From: Rhodospirillales bacterium
GTDB taxonomy: Bacteria > Pseudomonadota > Alphaproteobacteria > Rhodospirillales > Casp-alpha2
DNA: 64,000 nt
Direction: 5' to 3'
Assembly (NCBI GenBank): GCA_048263775.1
Contig: JBLXDU010000005.1
Location: 76,953-140,952, forward strand
Positions 46,888-55,388 of the stretch are shown in pieces. How positions within the stretch are numbered: the stretch's first letter is position 1; each line of letters starts with the position of its first letter. The position numbers were made by a program, and so were the translations under genes. The notes below the pieces were generated by a model. The model had not been told where the DNA came from. It did no database searches and saw only the letters and a list, made by a program, of their open reading frames with translations.

Positions 46888-47661
46888 TCAGGGGCGATTT
46901 ATCGCGATATCCGCATACCCCCGTAGGATTCGATCCACAGGGGCCGAAAAATCACCTCCCGGTTCGTGCAAAACCAAGGGCGTTAGCCTGCGGCGATTCG
47001 CCGCCGCGTCCTTGATTCCCTGCGCGATCATTCGCCCCGGACGGCCCTCTCCCGGCTTGCCTTGAACAGGCTGCAGGGTGACCGCGCCGAGGGATGCCGA
47101 CATAAGATCCGCCAGCTCATCCCCCCGTCCGCCATGATGGATGAAGGTGACTGTGCCGCCGCCCCGCACCAGCCGGGCGGCCGTCCGCACCCAATCGGCC
47201 AGTTGGGCCCGCCCCTCCACCGTCGCCATTGCCTTCACCGGATCAGGCGAAGGGCGAGAGGTGCCGGCCTTTTGAAAGGGCGGATTGGCCATGACATGAT
47301 CGAACGCCCCGGCCCCGATGCCGTCCGGCGGAGTCAGCAGGTCCCCCGCCATGAATTGGACCGCATCCGCCATGCCGTTGGCCGTGACACTTTCGCGGGC
47401 CAAGGCGATCAACGGTTCCTGAATATCCAGGCCGGTGACCGCCACCCCGGCCACGCGATGGGCCAGACACAACGCCGCCGCCCCGGCACCGCATCCCAAG
47501 TCCAGCACGCGGTCGCCGGGCCGGGCCGGAACGGCCGCCTGCATCAGGATCGGGTCGATGGCGGAACGGTAGCCGCGCCGGGGCTGATAACAGACGACCC
47601 GGCCGTCCAACAGGCGGGTCTCCTCGGCGTCGATGGCGACAGAAGTCATGGCGCGCCTCAA
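46888..47661 (-). CDS. SAM-dependent N6-adenine-type methyltransferase (TrmN6/YfiC-like)
   Basis: SAM motif VLDLGCGAGAAAL and catalytic NPPF (VMANPPFQKAG). Confidence 0.85.
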   Translation of the reverse strand: MRRAMTSVAIDAEETRLLDGRVVCYQPRRGYRSAIDPILMQAAVPARPGDRVLDLGCGAGAAALCLAHRVAGVAVTGLDIQEPLIALARESVTANGMADAVQFMAGDLLTPPDGIGAGAFDHVMANPPFQKAGTSRPSPDPVKAMATVEGRAQLADWVRTAARLVRGGGTVTFIHHGGRGDELADLMSASLGAVTLQPVQGKPGEGRPGRMIAQGIKDAAANRRRLTPLVLHEPGGDFSAPVDRILRGYADIAINRP

Positions 47662-47891
47662 TCCAGGGGGTCGCGTTCACCGCGGGCGATTTCCTCGGCC
47701 TCGACGATGACACGCTTGGCACGGGTAAGGTCGTCCTCGTCCACCATGATACGGCGCTGGATGGCCAGGACGTTGCCGTCCATGAAACTGGCGTGCATGT
47801 CGAACACCTGGGCCGGCACGTCGAGCGCGGCCAGCCGCGCCTGCATCCAAGACAGCAGCACGGGATCGTTGGTGCGGAACAATTCGACCAT
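47658..47891 (-). CDS. DUF2007-like small protein
   Basis: The internal ATG at 47891 gives MVELFRTNDPVLLSWMQARLAALDVPAQVFD, the typical DUF2007 opening. The track N-terminal extension is Ser/Arg-rich. The stop overlaps the downstream methyltransferase start. Confidence 0.7.
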   Translation of the reverse strand: MVELFRTNDPVLLSWMQARLAALDVPAQVFDMHASFMDGNVLAIQRRIMVDEDDLTRAKRVIVEAEEIARGERDPLD

Positions 47892-48009
47892 GGCGCGCCC
47901 CTTCCCCGCCCCGTCCGTCGCAGTTGACCATGGGGCCTGACGGTCCCTATGCTCACGGCTCCTGGAACAACCGTCAAGCGACGAACAATCGGATATAAGG
48001 GGAAGCGCC

Positions 48010-49026
48010 GTGGCCCTTGTGGTCGACCTTGAAGGCGAACGCCAAAAGAAACCCAACCTGGACAAGCTTCAGGCCCTGGTCGCCGACGACCTGAAAGCCG
48101 TGAACGAGGTCATCGTCCAGCGCATGGAAAGCCCGGTCGCGCTGATTCCGCAGCTGGCGGGGCATCTGGTCGCGTCCGGCGGCAAGCGTCTGCGCCCCAT
48201 CCTGACTCTCGCCTCGGCCCGTATGTGCGGCTACCAAGGCAACCGACACATCCCGCTGGCCGCCTGTGTCGAATTCATCCATACGGCGACCCTTCTGCAC
48301 GATGACGTGGTCGATGAAAGCGAACTGCGCCGGGGCCAGGCATCGGCCAACGCGGTCTGGGGCAACCAGGCCAGTGTGCTGGTCGGCGATTTCCTGTTTT
48401 CCCGTGCGTTCCAGGTGATGGTCGCCGACGGCGCGATCAAGGTGTTGAAAATTCTGTCCGACGCCTCGGCGGTGATCGCCGAGGGCGAGGTCATGCAACT
48501 GATGACCACCGGCGACACGGCAACAGGCGAAGCCAACTATCTGGAAGTCATCACCGCCAAGACGGCGGAACTGTTCGCTGCCGCCTGCCGCATCGGCGCC
48601 GTGGTCGCCGAACGCCCCAAGGCGGAAGAAGACGCCCTGCTGTCCTACGGCACCAATCTGGGCATCGCGTTTCAACTGATCGACGACGTGCTGGACTATT
48701 CAGCCAAGCAGGCCGAACTGGGCAAGACCGTGGGCGACGATTTCCGCGAGGGTAAGATTTCGCTGCCGACGATCCTGGCGTTCAACCGGGGCAACGAGGC
48801 CGAACGCACGTTCTGGCGCCGCACGCTTGAGGACATGGACCAGACCGACGACGATTTGGCCCATGCCATCACCCTGATGACCAAGCATCATGCCCTGTCC
48901 GACACGGTCGACCGGGCGCGGCATTACGGCGCCGTGGCGCGTGATGCACTCGGCATCTTCCCCGACAATGCACAGAAACAGGCACTGCTGGAACTGGTCG
49001 ATTTCTGTATTGAGCGGGCGTACTGA
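48010..49026 (+). CDS. ispB: Polyprenyl (octaprenyl-type) diphosphate synthase
   Basis: First Asp-rich motif LLHDDVVDESELRRG and second FQLIDDVLD. GTG start. Confidence 0.9.
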   Translation: MALVVDLEGERQKKPNLDKLQALVADDLKAVNEVIVQRMESPVALIPQLAGHLVASGGKRLRPILTLASARMCGYQGNRHIPLAACVEFIHTATLLHDDVVDESELRRGQASANAVWGNQASVLVGDFLFSRAFQVMVADGAIKVLKILSDASAVIAEGEVMQLMTTGDTATGEANYLEVITAKTAELFAAACRIGAVVAERPKAEEDALLSYGTNLGIAFQLIDDVLDYSAKQAELGKTVGDDFREGKISLPTILAFNRGNEAERTFWRRTLEDMDQTDDDLAHAITLMTKHHALSDTVDRARHYGAVARDALGIFPDNAQKQALLELVDFCIERAY

Positions 49027-49068
49027 CCTAAATTCTGCGTCCGGCGCCGACCGGCCGCGATTCCCGGT

Positions 49069-49341
49069 TCAGTCCTTGGACTTCTTGCCGCGCGGTTTCA
49101 ACTTCGCGCTGTCCTTGCCGTCGAAATCGCCGACGCCGCTTTCGATGGCATAGCAGGCCAGCCGGACGGACAGCGGGATTTCCACCGTCTTTCCGTCGCG
49201 CTCACCCTTTTCATAGTACTGGATGATGCGGGGCTTCAGGCCCAGCGCCTTTGCCGCGTCCTTCTGCGACAACTTGTGGCGCTTGCGCCAATGCCGGAAT
49301 GCGTCGCCGTCCATGCTCATGGTTTGCATCTCATGTGTCAT
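49069..49341 (-). CDS. XRE-family helix-turn-helix protein with basic C-terminal tail
   Basis: FRHWRKRHKLSQKDAAKALGLKPRIIQYYEKGE is a Cro/C1-type HTH. C-terminus KLKPRGKKSKD. It starts 6 nt after the ParA-like gene stop. Several in-frame ATGs lie near the start. Confidence 0.75.
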   Translation of the reverse strand: MTHEMQTMSMDGDAFRHWRKRHKLSQKDAAKALGLKPRIIQYYEKGERDGKTVEIPLSVRLACYAIESGVGDFDGKDSAKLKPRGKKSKD

Positions 49342-49347
49342 GGCAAT

Positions 49348-49974
49348 TTAGTTCGTCTCGACAAAGGTGATCAATGGGGACCAATCCGCCTGAGCATCCA
49401 GGGATCGCCGATCACCCTTGTCGAACACGCTGACGCCCGAATAAGCCCCATCCGTATAAAGCGCCCGGTCGGCGATGATCGTCCCCACCGGATGGTCCAG
49501 GGTTTCGATGAATGTGTCCAATTCCTGGGCCGAGCGCGTGCGCGCCCGCACCCGGTTACCGACCAGGATTACCGGCTTTTTGTGGCTGCGGATCGGCTTC
49601 AGATCGTCGATTTTCTTCAGAAACCGCTGCGTCGCCGCCTGATCGAATGCCGAAGGCAGGATCGGCAGGATGATGACCTCGGCCATCTTCAGCAATTCGC
49701 GGAACCGCGCCAGACCAAGCGCAGCCGGCGCATCGATGACCAGACGCTGCACCTTCTTGGGCGGCGCCTTGAACGTCTTGGTCCAATCCAGCCCGGTGAT
49801 GTCCGGAAGGTCCGCGGGGCGACGCTTGAGCCAGGACAAACTGCTTTTCTGGCTGTCGACATCGGCCAGCGCCGTGTTCAGCCCCCCCTGGGCGAAGGCC
49901 GCAGCCAGGTTCGTCGCGATGGTCGTCTTGCCGCAACCGCCTTTGGAATTTGCGATCAGAATCGCGCGCGCCAT
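49348..49974 (-). CDS. ParA/MinD-family P-loop ATPase (orphan ParA-like)
   Basis: Deviant Walker A MARAILIANSKGGCGKTTIATNLA, later VIIDAP-type Walker B (RLVIDAPAAL). 208 aa, with no ParB-type gene adjacent. Confidence 0.85.
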   Translation of the reverse strand: MARAILIANSKGGCGKTTIATNLAAAFAQGGLNTALADVDSQKSSLSWLKRRPADLPDITGLDWTKTFKAPPKKVQRLVIDAPAALGLARFRELLKMAEVIILPILPSAFDQAATQRFLKKIDDLKPIRSHKKPVILVGNRVRARTRSAQELDTFIETLDHPVGTIIADRALYTDGAYSGVSVFDKGDRRSLDAQADWSPLITFVETN

Positions 49975-50005
49975 ATCCGTCGTCCCTCTGCCAACTTGCC
50001 GGTGG

Positions 50006-51709
50006 CTATTTGCCCTTGCGCCAGAACGGCGGGGCGCTGGTGAACGTGTCCCAATCGGTCAGCAGGCGCGGTTCACTATCGTAGAGCCCCCGCGCGTGCC
50101 AGCCCATGATGGCGGCCGAAGCCTTGTCGATCGCCGCTGCCTTGCCGCCCCGTCCGCCCGGATGGTCGGCGGCCAGATCGGCCAGCAGGGTTTCCGCCAC
50201 GGCGACGTCGTTGAGATGACCGAAATCGTCCTGCAAGCGTTCCAGCGCGCGCAGATATTTCTTCTTGGCGGGCGAGTCATACAGCGCCTGCAGAAAATCC
50301 GTGTTGTAGCGCAGCTTCTTGAGCCGGATGCGCAACAGATGCCGCGCCGGCACATCCAGTTTCGCCAGGCCGTCGCCGGCGCGCAGCGCCTTCTTATGGG
50401 CACGGTTGAGGATCGAGGCCGCCCAATCCATGATCGGCTGGGCCAGCGGGTGATCCGGCGGACAGGGCTGCGGTGCCCAGCCCTGGGTTTCCGTGAAGGC
50501 CGACAGGCGCAGCACCAGCCCGGCATAGCGCGGCGATTTCAGGGCTTCGCGCACCAGGGCATAGGCGTCGAGCCTGCGATCCTCGGCTGCGGCGGCCAAT
50601 TCGATCATGGCCGCCGGCTCGACCCCCGCCTTTTGCGGCGGGCCGAGAATTTCGGCGACGAACACGTCCCAGTCGCGGGCCGGGCCGAACTGGTCGGCAA
50701 TCCATTTCAATTCCGCCTTCAACCAGTCCACCCGGGCCGGATCGAGCAACTTGGAAAACACCGACAGCATGGAACGCATGCGCCGGACGGCAACGCGGAA
50801 CTGATGCACGCCTTCCGGATCCGTGCCCTCGATGGCCGGCTCTTCGTTGGCCAACATGTGGCGGGCTCCCGCGCGCAAAATCTCGGCGATGGCCGCGTTG
50901 ACCGATTGATCGGGGCGCAGAGTCGTGCGTCCGGCGCGCACGGGAACAACCTTGGGCGGCGTCAGCAGCCGGTAGCCGCGCGCCGCCTTGGTTTCCTGAA
51001 TAATCGTTAGGCCCGCCGTCTGCTGTAGCTCCAGCGCCACCTCGAACAGGTCGCGGGGATCGCCCTGCAACAGTTCCAGTTCGCATTCCTGAATCTTCTC
51101 GCGCAGCTTGGCGCGGGCGCCCTTTACCGGGATGCCCGCGGCGTTGCGATTCACGGCGACGACCTCACCATTGTCGATGGCGATTTCGATGCGGCTTTCC
51201 GGGCCCATGGCGCCACGGCGGGTAACCACCGCCCGCTCGCGGGTAAAGTGGGTACGGAAGGTTTCCTGCAACTCGCCGGGCAAGACAAGCCCCATGACCT
51301 CAACCGCCGCCTCGGGCAAAAGGTCCAGACGCGGGGTCAGGCTGTCGACGTCCTGTTCCCACTCACCGCGCGCAAACAGGGCGCCGGTGCCGTCGTTTTG
51401 CGATTTCACGTTCTGGATGAACCGGCCCTTCTTGCGGCGCACGCGCAAGGTCGCCCCCCGCCGGCCAAGCCGCATGTCCGGGGTGTCGTAATAGACGCTT
51501 TCCAGATCGTCGGTAACCCAGGTGAGGCGGTTGCCGGACAGGCCTTGGGCCACCTTCCGGACGGCGCGCAGTTGGGCAGCCGTGCCGCCCAGCTTGCATT
51601 CGTATTCCCGGTCGCCTGTTCCATCGGCTTGGGGTGCCGTTGACGTCAATGACACGCCTCCCCGACCACGCTGCATGCTGTCCGTCAAAATGCCCCCCCG
51701 CCAGACCAA
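50006..51709 (-). CDS. CYTH domain + CHAD domain protein (triphosphate tunnel metalloenzyme fused to polyphosphate-binding CHAD)
   Basis: N-terminal ExExK motif (REYECKLGG) and an RVRR-type beta-barrel pattern. The C-terminal helical domain has VHQFRVAVRRMRSMLSVF and LLRIRLKKLRY blocks typical of CHAD. Start is either 51709 or the ATG 11 codons in. Confidence 0.85.
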   Translation of the reverse strand: MVWRGGILTDSMQRGRGGVSLTSTAPQADGTGDREYECKLGGTAAQLRAVRKVAQGLSGNRLTWVTDDLESVYYDTPDMRLGRRGATLRVRRKKGRFIQNVKSQNDGTGALFARGEWEQDVDSLTPRLDLLPEAAVEVMGLVLPGELQETFRTHFTRERAVVTRRGAMGPESRIEIAIDNGEVVAVNRNAAGIPVKGARAKLREKIQECELELLQGDPRDLFEVALELQQTAGLTIIQETKAARGYRLLTPPKVVPVRAGRTTLRPDQSVNAAIAEILRAGARHMLANEEPAIEGTDPEGVHQFRVAVRRMRSMLSVFSKLLDPARVDWLKAELKWIADQFGPARDWDVFVAEILGPPQKAGVEPAAMIELAAAAEDRRLDAYALVREALKSPRYAGLVLRLSAFTETQGWAPQPCPPDHPLAQPIMDWAASILNRAHKKALRAGDGLAKLDVPARHLLRIRLKKLRYNTDFLQALYDSPAKKKYLRALERLQDDFGHLNDVAVAETLLADLAADHPGGRGGKAAAIDKASAAIMGWHARGLYDSEPRLLTDWDTFTSAPPFWRKGK

Positions 51710-52011
51710 TGAAGTCCCGCGTTTGATCCCTGTTTACGCGTCCGTGGCTTGCCGCATATCGCATAAAACCGCACAAAGTGCGTATTTTCAGACTACATCC
51801 CGCCCCCACCGCGATCAATCAAGAAATTCACCCATGGCGGCGGCCCGCGCGCGCGGGTTTACGGCCCCGCCGGACGGCGGAAAAGCGACGCGTGACGACG
51901 GCGCGTTCAGGCGCTTGCTCTGGCCCTCAAGCACCGCTATAACGGGCGCCCGTCGCGGCCCGGCAGCAAGGGACCTCAAGTTCCTTCCGGCTTTTTCCGC
52001 GGCGTCCATGC

Positions 52012-52088
52012 CGGAGTGTAGCTCAGCCTGGTAGAGCACCGTCTTCGGGAGGCGGGGGTCGGAGGTTCGAATCCTCTCACTCCGACCA
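52012..52088 (+). tRNA. tRNA-Pro (anticodon CGG)
   Basis: CGGAGTG-TA-GCTC-AGCCTGGTA-GAGC-A-CCGTC-TTCGGGA-GGCGG-GGGTC-GGAGG-TTCGAAT-CCTCT-CACTCCG-A-CCA. Collinear with E. coli proK. Confidence 0.9.
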
Positions 52089-52123
52089 TTCCGGGCGAAA
52101 GCCCGATATGTCGAAACGGAAAC

Positions 52124-52159
52124 GGCCCCTGGGGATTTTATCCCCCAGGGGCCGTTTTT
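52124..52159 (+). terminator. Rho-independent terminator after tRNA-Pro
   Basis: GGCCCCTGGGG-ATTTTAT-CCCCCAGGGGCC followed by GTTTTTCC. Confidence 0.7.
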
Positions 52160-52254
52160 CCGTTCCGGGCACCGGTCTCTCGCCAGCGGCCGGCGCTCTT
52201 TTCAGCGGCAGGTGCTAACCCGCGCCAAGCGGAACGTGTCTGATCTGCTTGCCG

Positions 52255-52539
52255 CTATTCGGCGGCGACCAGGCTACGGGCCTGGTTCAGCGTGGCGGCG
52301 GCGTCGCGGAAGTTGCCGTCGGCACATTCCGTGCGGGCCCGCTCGACCAACTGGTTGAACATCAGTTCGGCGGCTTCGCCGACGACGGGGTTTTCGTCCT
52401 TCGACTTCAGCGTATCAGTGATGACCTGTTCACAAACCGGCAGGGTGGCGATGTCCTGCGCGGAGACGGCCGTGGCGAACGGCACGAAAGAAAGAAAGCC
52501 AAGAACGGCGACAGTCTTTTTGGCGCTCGAAAGCGACAT
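52255..52539 (-). CDS. Small secreted hypothetical protein
   Basis: 94-aa ORF with signal peptide MSLSSAKKTVAVLGFLSFVPFATAVSA and two Cys in the mature part. Confidence 0.5.
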   Translation of the reverse strand: MSLSSAKKTVAVLGFLSFVPFATAVSAQDIATLPVCEQVITDTLKSKDENPVVGEAAELMFNQLVERARTECADGNFRDAAATLNQARSLVAAE

Positions 52540-52946
52540 GGAAGTACTCCATCAAAGGCGCTCCCCGGTTCCATCCAGGGGCGCTGAGAGTGACGCATTA
52601 AGGGCTGAACAAGCAGCATGTGGCGCCTGACACCGCAACCCCATCCGGTTTTCCGGAAGGCCGCGCGAGCGGCGCGTCCAATTCCTTTGCAGGGACGCGC
52701 GCGACAGGTCTTCAATCCCAGAGTCCTCAATTGCGGATAATACGCCTTTCCTGGGCCGAACCCCAGGAAATCCGGGGCCCAAGTCCCCGCAAGAACATCA
52801 TGACAGCAATCTCTAAAATGCATTTGACGGCCCGCCGGGCCGGGACCTGGCGCTTTCGCTCCCGCGTTTAATTGGCTAGGTTAGGCGGCCGAAGGGGAGG
52901 AGCACTGCTCCTTGCAGATTCAAGAACCACACGCCGGGGCCGTGCC

Positions 52947-53690
52947 ATGACTTCTTTGACCGAAACGCCGCACAGCACCACCAGGGCCCGCCGTTTCGCG
53001 GCCGCACCGGCGCTGGCCGCCCTCTTACTACTCGGCGGGTGTGAGACGGCCAACAATGCCCTCTCGACCGTTGCCGACAAATCCGCGGAATTGTGGAACA
53101 CCATGTCGTCGCCGTTTAACCGCGGCGAGGACAAGGAATTCAGCCGTGATCCCACCCGCGAACGCCGCGCCGACGTGGAGAAATGGGAACGCATCCGCGG
53201 GTCCGATGATCCGACCGTGTTCCAGACCTTCATCGAGACCTACCCGGACAGCGCCCTGACCCATCTGGCGCGCCGTCGGCTGGCGACCCTGCAGCCGACC
53301 CAAGGCACGCATGTTCCCTCGACCTTTGCAACGGAACAGCCGCGGCCGCCTGCTGTTCGCCACGCTGCCGGGCAGATGCCGCCGCCCGCCCCGCCGGGCC
53401 AATTCCCCGTACCCTGGGTTCTGGGCCGTTGGGCCATCGATTGTTCGCGCAAGGAAGGCGGCAACGGCGTCACCTATAATCAAGTCGACGCCGGCAAGAT
53501 CCGGGTCATCCGTGATGACGGCAGCGCCGCCGTCTACACCGTGCGCCGTGAGGACGACATCCTGGTGCTGGAGGCCGACGGCCTGATCTATCAGGACAAG
53601 ATCGTCAGTGCGACGGAGCTTCGGTCCTACGCCGTCAAGTACAACAACCAATGGCACGAGGTAGACCTCGTCTACCGCAAGTGCGACTGA
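52947..53690 (+). CDS. Lipoprotein, function unknown
   Basis: The ATG at 52947 gives MTSLTETPHSTTRARRFAAAPALAALLLLGGC, with lipobox L-L-G-G-C. Confidence 0.65.
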   Translation: MTSLTETPHSTTRARRFAAAPALAALLLLGGCETANNALSTVADKSAELWNTMSSPFNRGEDKEFSRDPTRERRADVEKWERIRGSDDPTVFQTFIETYPDSALTHLARRRLATLQPTQGTHVPSTFATEQPRPPAVRHAAGQMPPPAPPGQFPVPWVLGRWAIDCSRKEGGNGVTYNQVDAGKIRVIRDDGSAAVYTVRREDDILVLEADGLIYQDKIVSATELRSYAVKYNNQWHEVDLVYRKCD

Positions 53691-53731
53691 CCGTCGCCTA
53701 CACTCCACCCGATTCGCCACCAAACGCAAAA

Positions 53732-53759
53732 CCCCGGCCCGCGCGAACGCGGACCGGGG
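53732..53759. terminator. Hairpin between convergent genes (candidate bidirectional terminator)
   Basis: CCCCGG(c)CCGCG-CGAA-CGCGG(a)CCGGGG, flanked by CAAAA on the left and a weak GGGTTTG on the right. Confidence 0.4.
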
Positions 53760-53821
53760 CCGTGGGTTTGCCAATCCTTGGGGTCGGATCGGGCATAATG
53801 CCCAAATGAATTCGAACCCGC

Positions 53822-53926
53822 CTAGCGGGGATTATTGGTGCGATTAACGCCGTAGGCAGCAGCCGCCATGAACGCGAGAGCAGCGGCGATGCAAACACCA
53901 AGAAAAATCATGCTTCCTGTCGTCAT
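53822..53926 (-). CDS. Candidate 34-codon hydrophobic micro-protein (not in the ORF track)
   Basis: My translation of the minus strand is MTTGSMIFLGVCIAAALAFMAAAAYGVNRTNNPR-stop, i.e. one TM helix. A perfect FNR-type box lies about 67 bp upstream of the ATG, with TAAAGT at the expected -10 position. SD is weak. Confidence 0.3.
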   Translation of the reverse strand: MTTGSMIFLGVCIAAALAFMAAAAYGVNRTNNPR

Positions 53927-53986
53927 CTTTCGAAATTCCCGTGGTTTCAATGACGCAACTTTAGGGTGCCGGAATAGGCTTCGGCA

Positions 53987-54000
53987 TTGATCTAGATCAA
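53987..54000. promoter_or_regulatory. Perfect FNR/FixK-type box TTGAT-N4-ATCAA
   Basis: TTGATCTAGATCAA seen directly in the divergent region between the micro-ORF (minus strand, ATG at 53926) and the DctP-like gene (plus strand, ATG at 54155). Confidence 0.55.
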
Positions 54001-54154
54001 TAATCCGGGAGGGGCGGCACGGAGTGCTCCCGACATATCCACAGATTGTGAATAACCCCGCGGCCTAAGGACTCCGAGCCCCGGATCACTTCAGGTACAC
54101 TTGCGCGCCCGTCGAGGGCCGCCCAAGGGAGGGTGGAACGGAAAGGTCATCATC

Positions 54155-55354
54155 ATGCGCAATGCCGTCATCGGCATCGTCGTGGGATTGGTTGTCGGCG
54201 TTGTCCTGGGGGTTTCCATCATCGCCCCCCGCCTGAACGCATCGCTGCCCGAAACCGCCGCCCAGGCCGTGGCAGAACTCACCCCCGAGCCAGGCACGCC
54301 GAAAGAACCCTCCCCAGCATCGACCGCAGAGATATCTGCCCTGCCCGCCACTGCGGAAAGCCTGCTGGCCCCCGCCATCACCCCCGACCCCATCGTGCGC
54401 TGGCGCATGGAAAGCGCCTTTGCCAGCGCCCTGCCGCAGTTGGGTGCCCAGGCCAAACGAATCGAAACGGAAATCTGGCGCGTGTCCGCCGGCGGGATGG
54501 AGATCGCTTTCAACGAACCGGGGACCCTGATTCAAGGCAAGGATATGGTTAGCGCGGTCAAGGACGGCACCGTCGACGCAGCCTTCGTCGCCCCCGAAAG
54601 CTGGCCGGCGACCATCCCCGCCTTGCAACTGTTCGGCGCCGTGCCGTTCGGCCCACGGGCCGAGGAATACCTGGCCTGGCTCTATTTCGGCGGCGGCGAA
54701 AAGCTGTTGAACAGCCTGGCCGAAGGCCTGGGCGTGCGGATCGTGGTCTGCGGGCTGGTGTCGCCCGAAGGGGCCGGTTGGTACCGACGGCCGTTGACCA
54801 CGGTCGAAGACCTGAAAGGCCTGCGGGTACGCATGACCGGTCTTGGCGCGCGCGTGATGAACCGCCTGGGTGCGAAGACCGTGGCCCTGAACGAAGGGGA
54901 AATCTTCCACGCTCTGGAAACCGGGGCCATCGACGCCGCCGAATATTCCATGCCCGCCATCGATGTGCAGCTCGGCCTGCACCGCATGGCGCGGAATTAC
55001 TATTTCCCCGGCTGGCATCAGCCGGCGACGCTGCTGGCGCTGGTCATCAACAACGACCGCTGGGCCAACCTCAAGCCGGTGCAGCGCTCACAACTGCGCG
55101 CCGTGTGCGGCGACAATGTGCGTCATGGCCTGGCCGAGGGCGAGGCCTCACAGTACCGGGCCCTTCTGAACCTGACCAAGGAAGGCGTGACCGTGCGCCG
55201 CTGGCCGCGGGAAATTCTCGGTAAACTGTCCAAGGCCTGGGACGAGGTCGCGCGCGACACGGCGAAGCAGGACAAGGATTTCGCCAAGGTGTGGAAATCG
55301 CTCGATCGGTTTCGCAAGGATTACGCCGTCTGGCGCGACGCGGGCGGCAGATAA
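54155..55354 (+). CDS. DctP-family TRAP-type solute-binding protein, membrane-anchored, no adjacent DctQM
   Basis: The ATG at 54155 follows GGAAAGG. N-terminal TM (AVIGIVVGLVVGVVLGVSIIA), then a Pro/Ala/Glu-rich linker of about 55 aa, then a DctP-like domain (RWRMESAF ... GAVPFGP ... GWYRRP ... AAEYSMPAIDVQLGLH ... YYFPGWHQP). Confidence 0.8.
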   Translation: MRNAVIGIVVGLVVGVVLGVSIIAPRLNASLPETAAQAVAELTPEPGTPKEPSPASTAEISALPATAESLLAPAITPDPIVRWRMESAFASALPQLGAQAKRIETEIWRVSAGGMEIAFNEPGTLIQGKDMVSAVKDGTVDAAFVAPESWPATIPALQLFGAVPFGPRAEEYLAWLYFGGGEKLLNSLAEGLGVRIVVCGLVSPEGAGWYRRPLTTVEDLKGLRVRMTGLGARVMNRLGAKTVALNEGEIFHALETGAIDAAEYSMPAIDVQLGLHRMARNYYFPGWHQPATLLALVINNDRWANLKPVQRSQLRAVCGDNVRHGLAEGEASQYRALLNLTKEGVTVRRWPREILGKLSKAWDEVARDTAKQDKDFAKVWKSLDRFRKDYAVWRDAGGR

Positions 55355-55388
55355 GCTCCACTCCGCTCATTCTTCCTGATCGGCTTGC

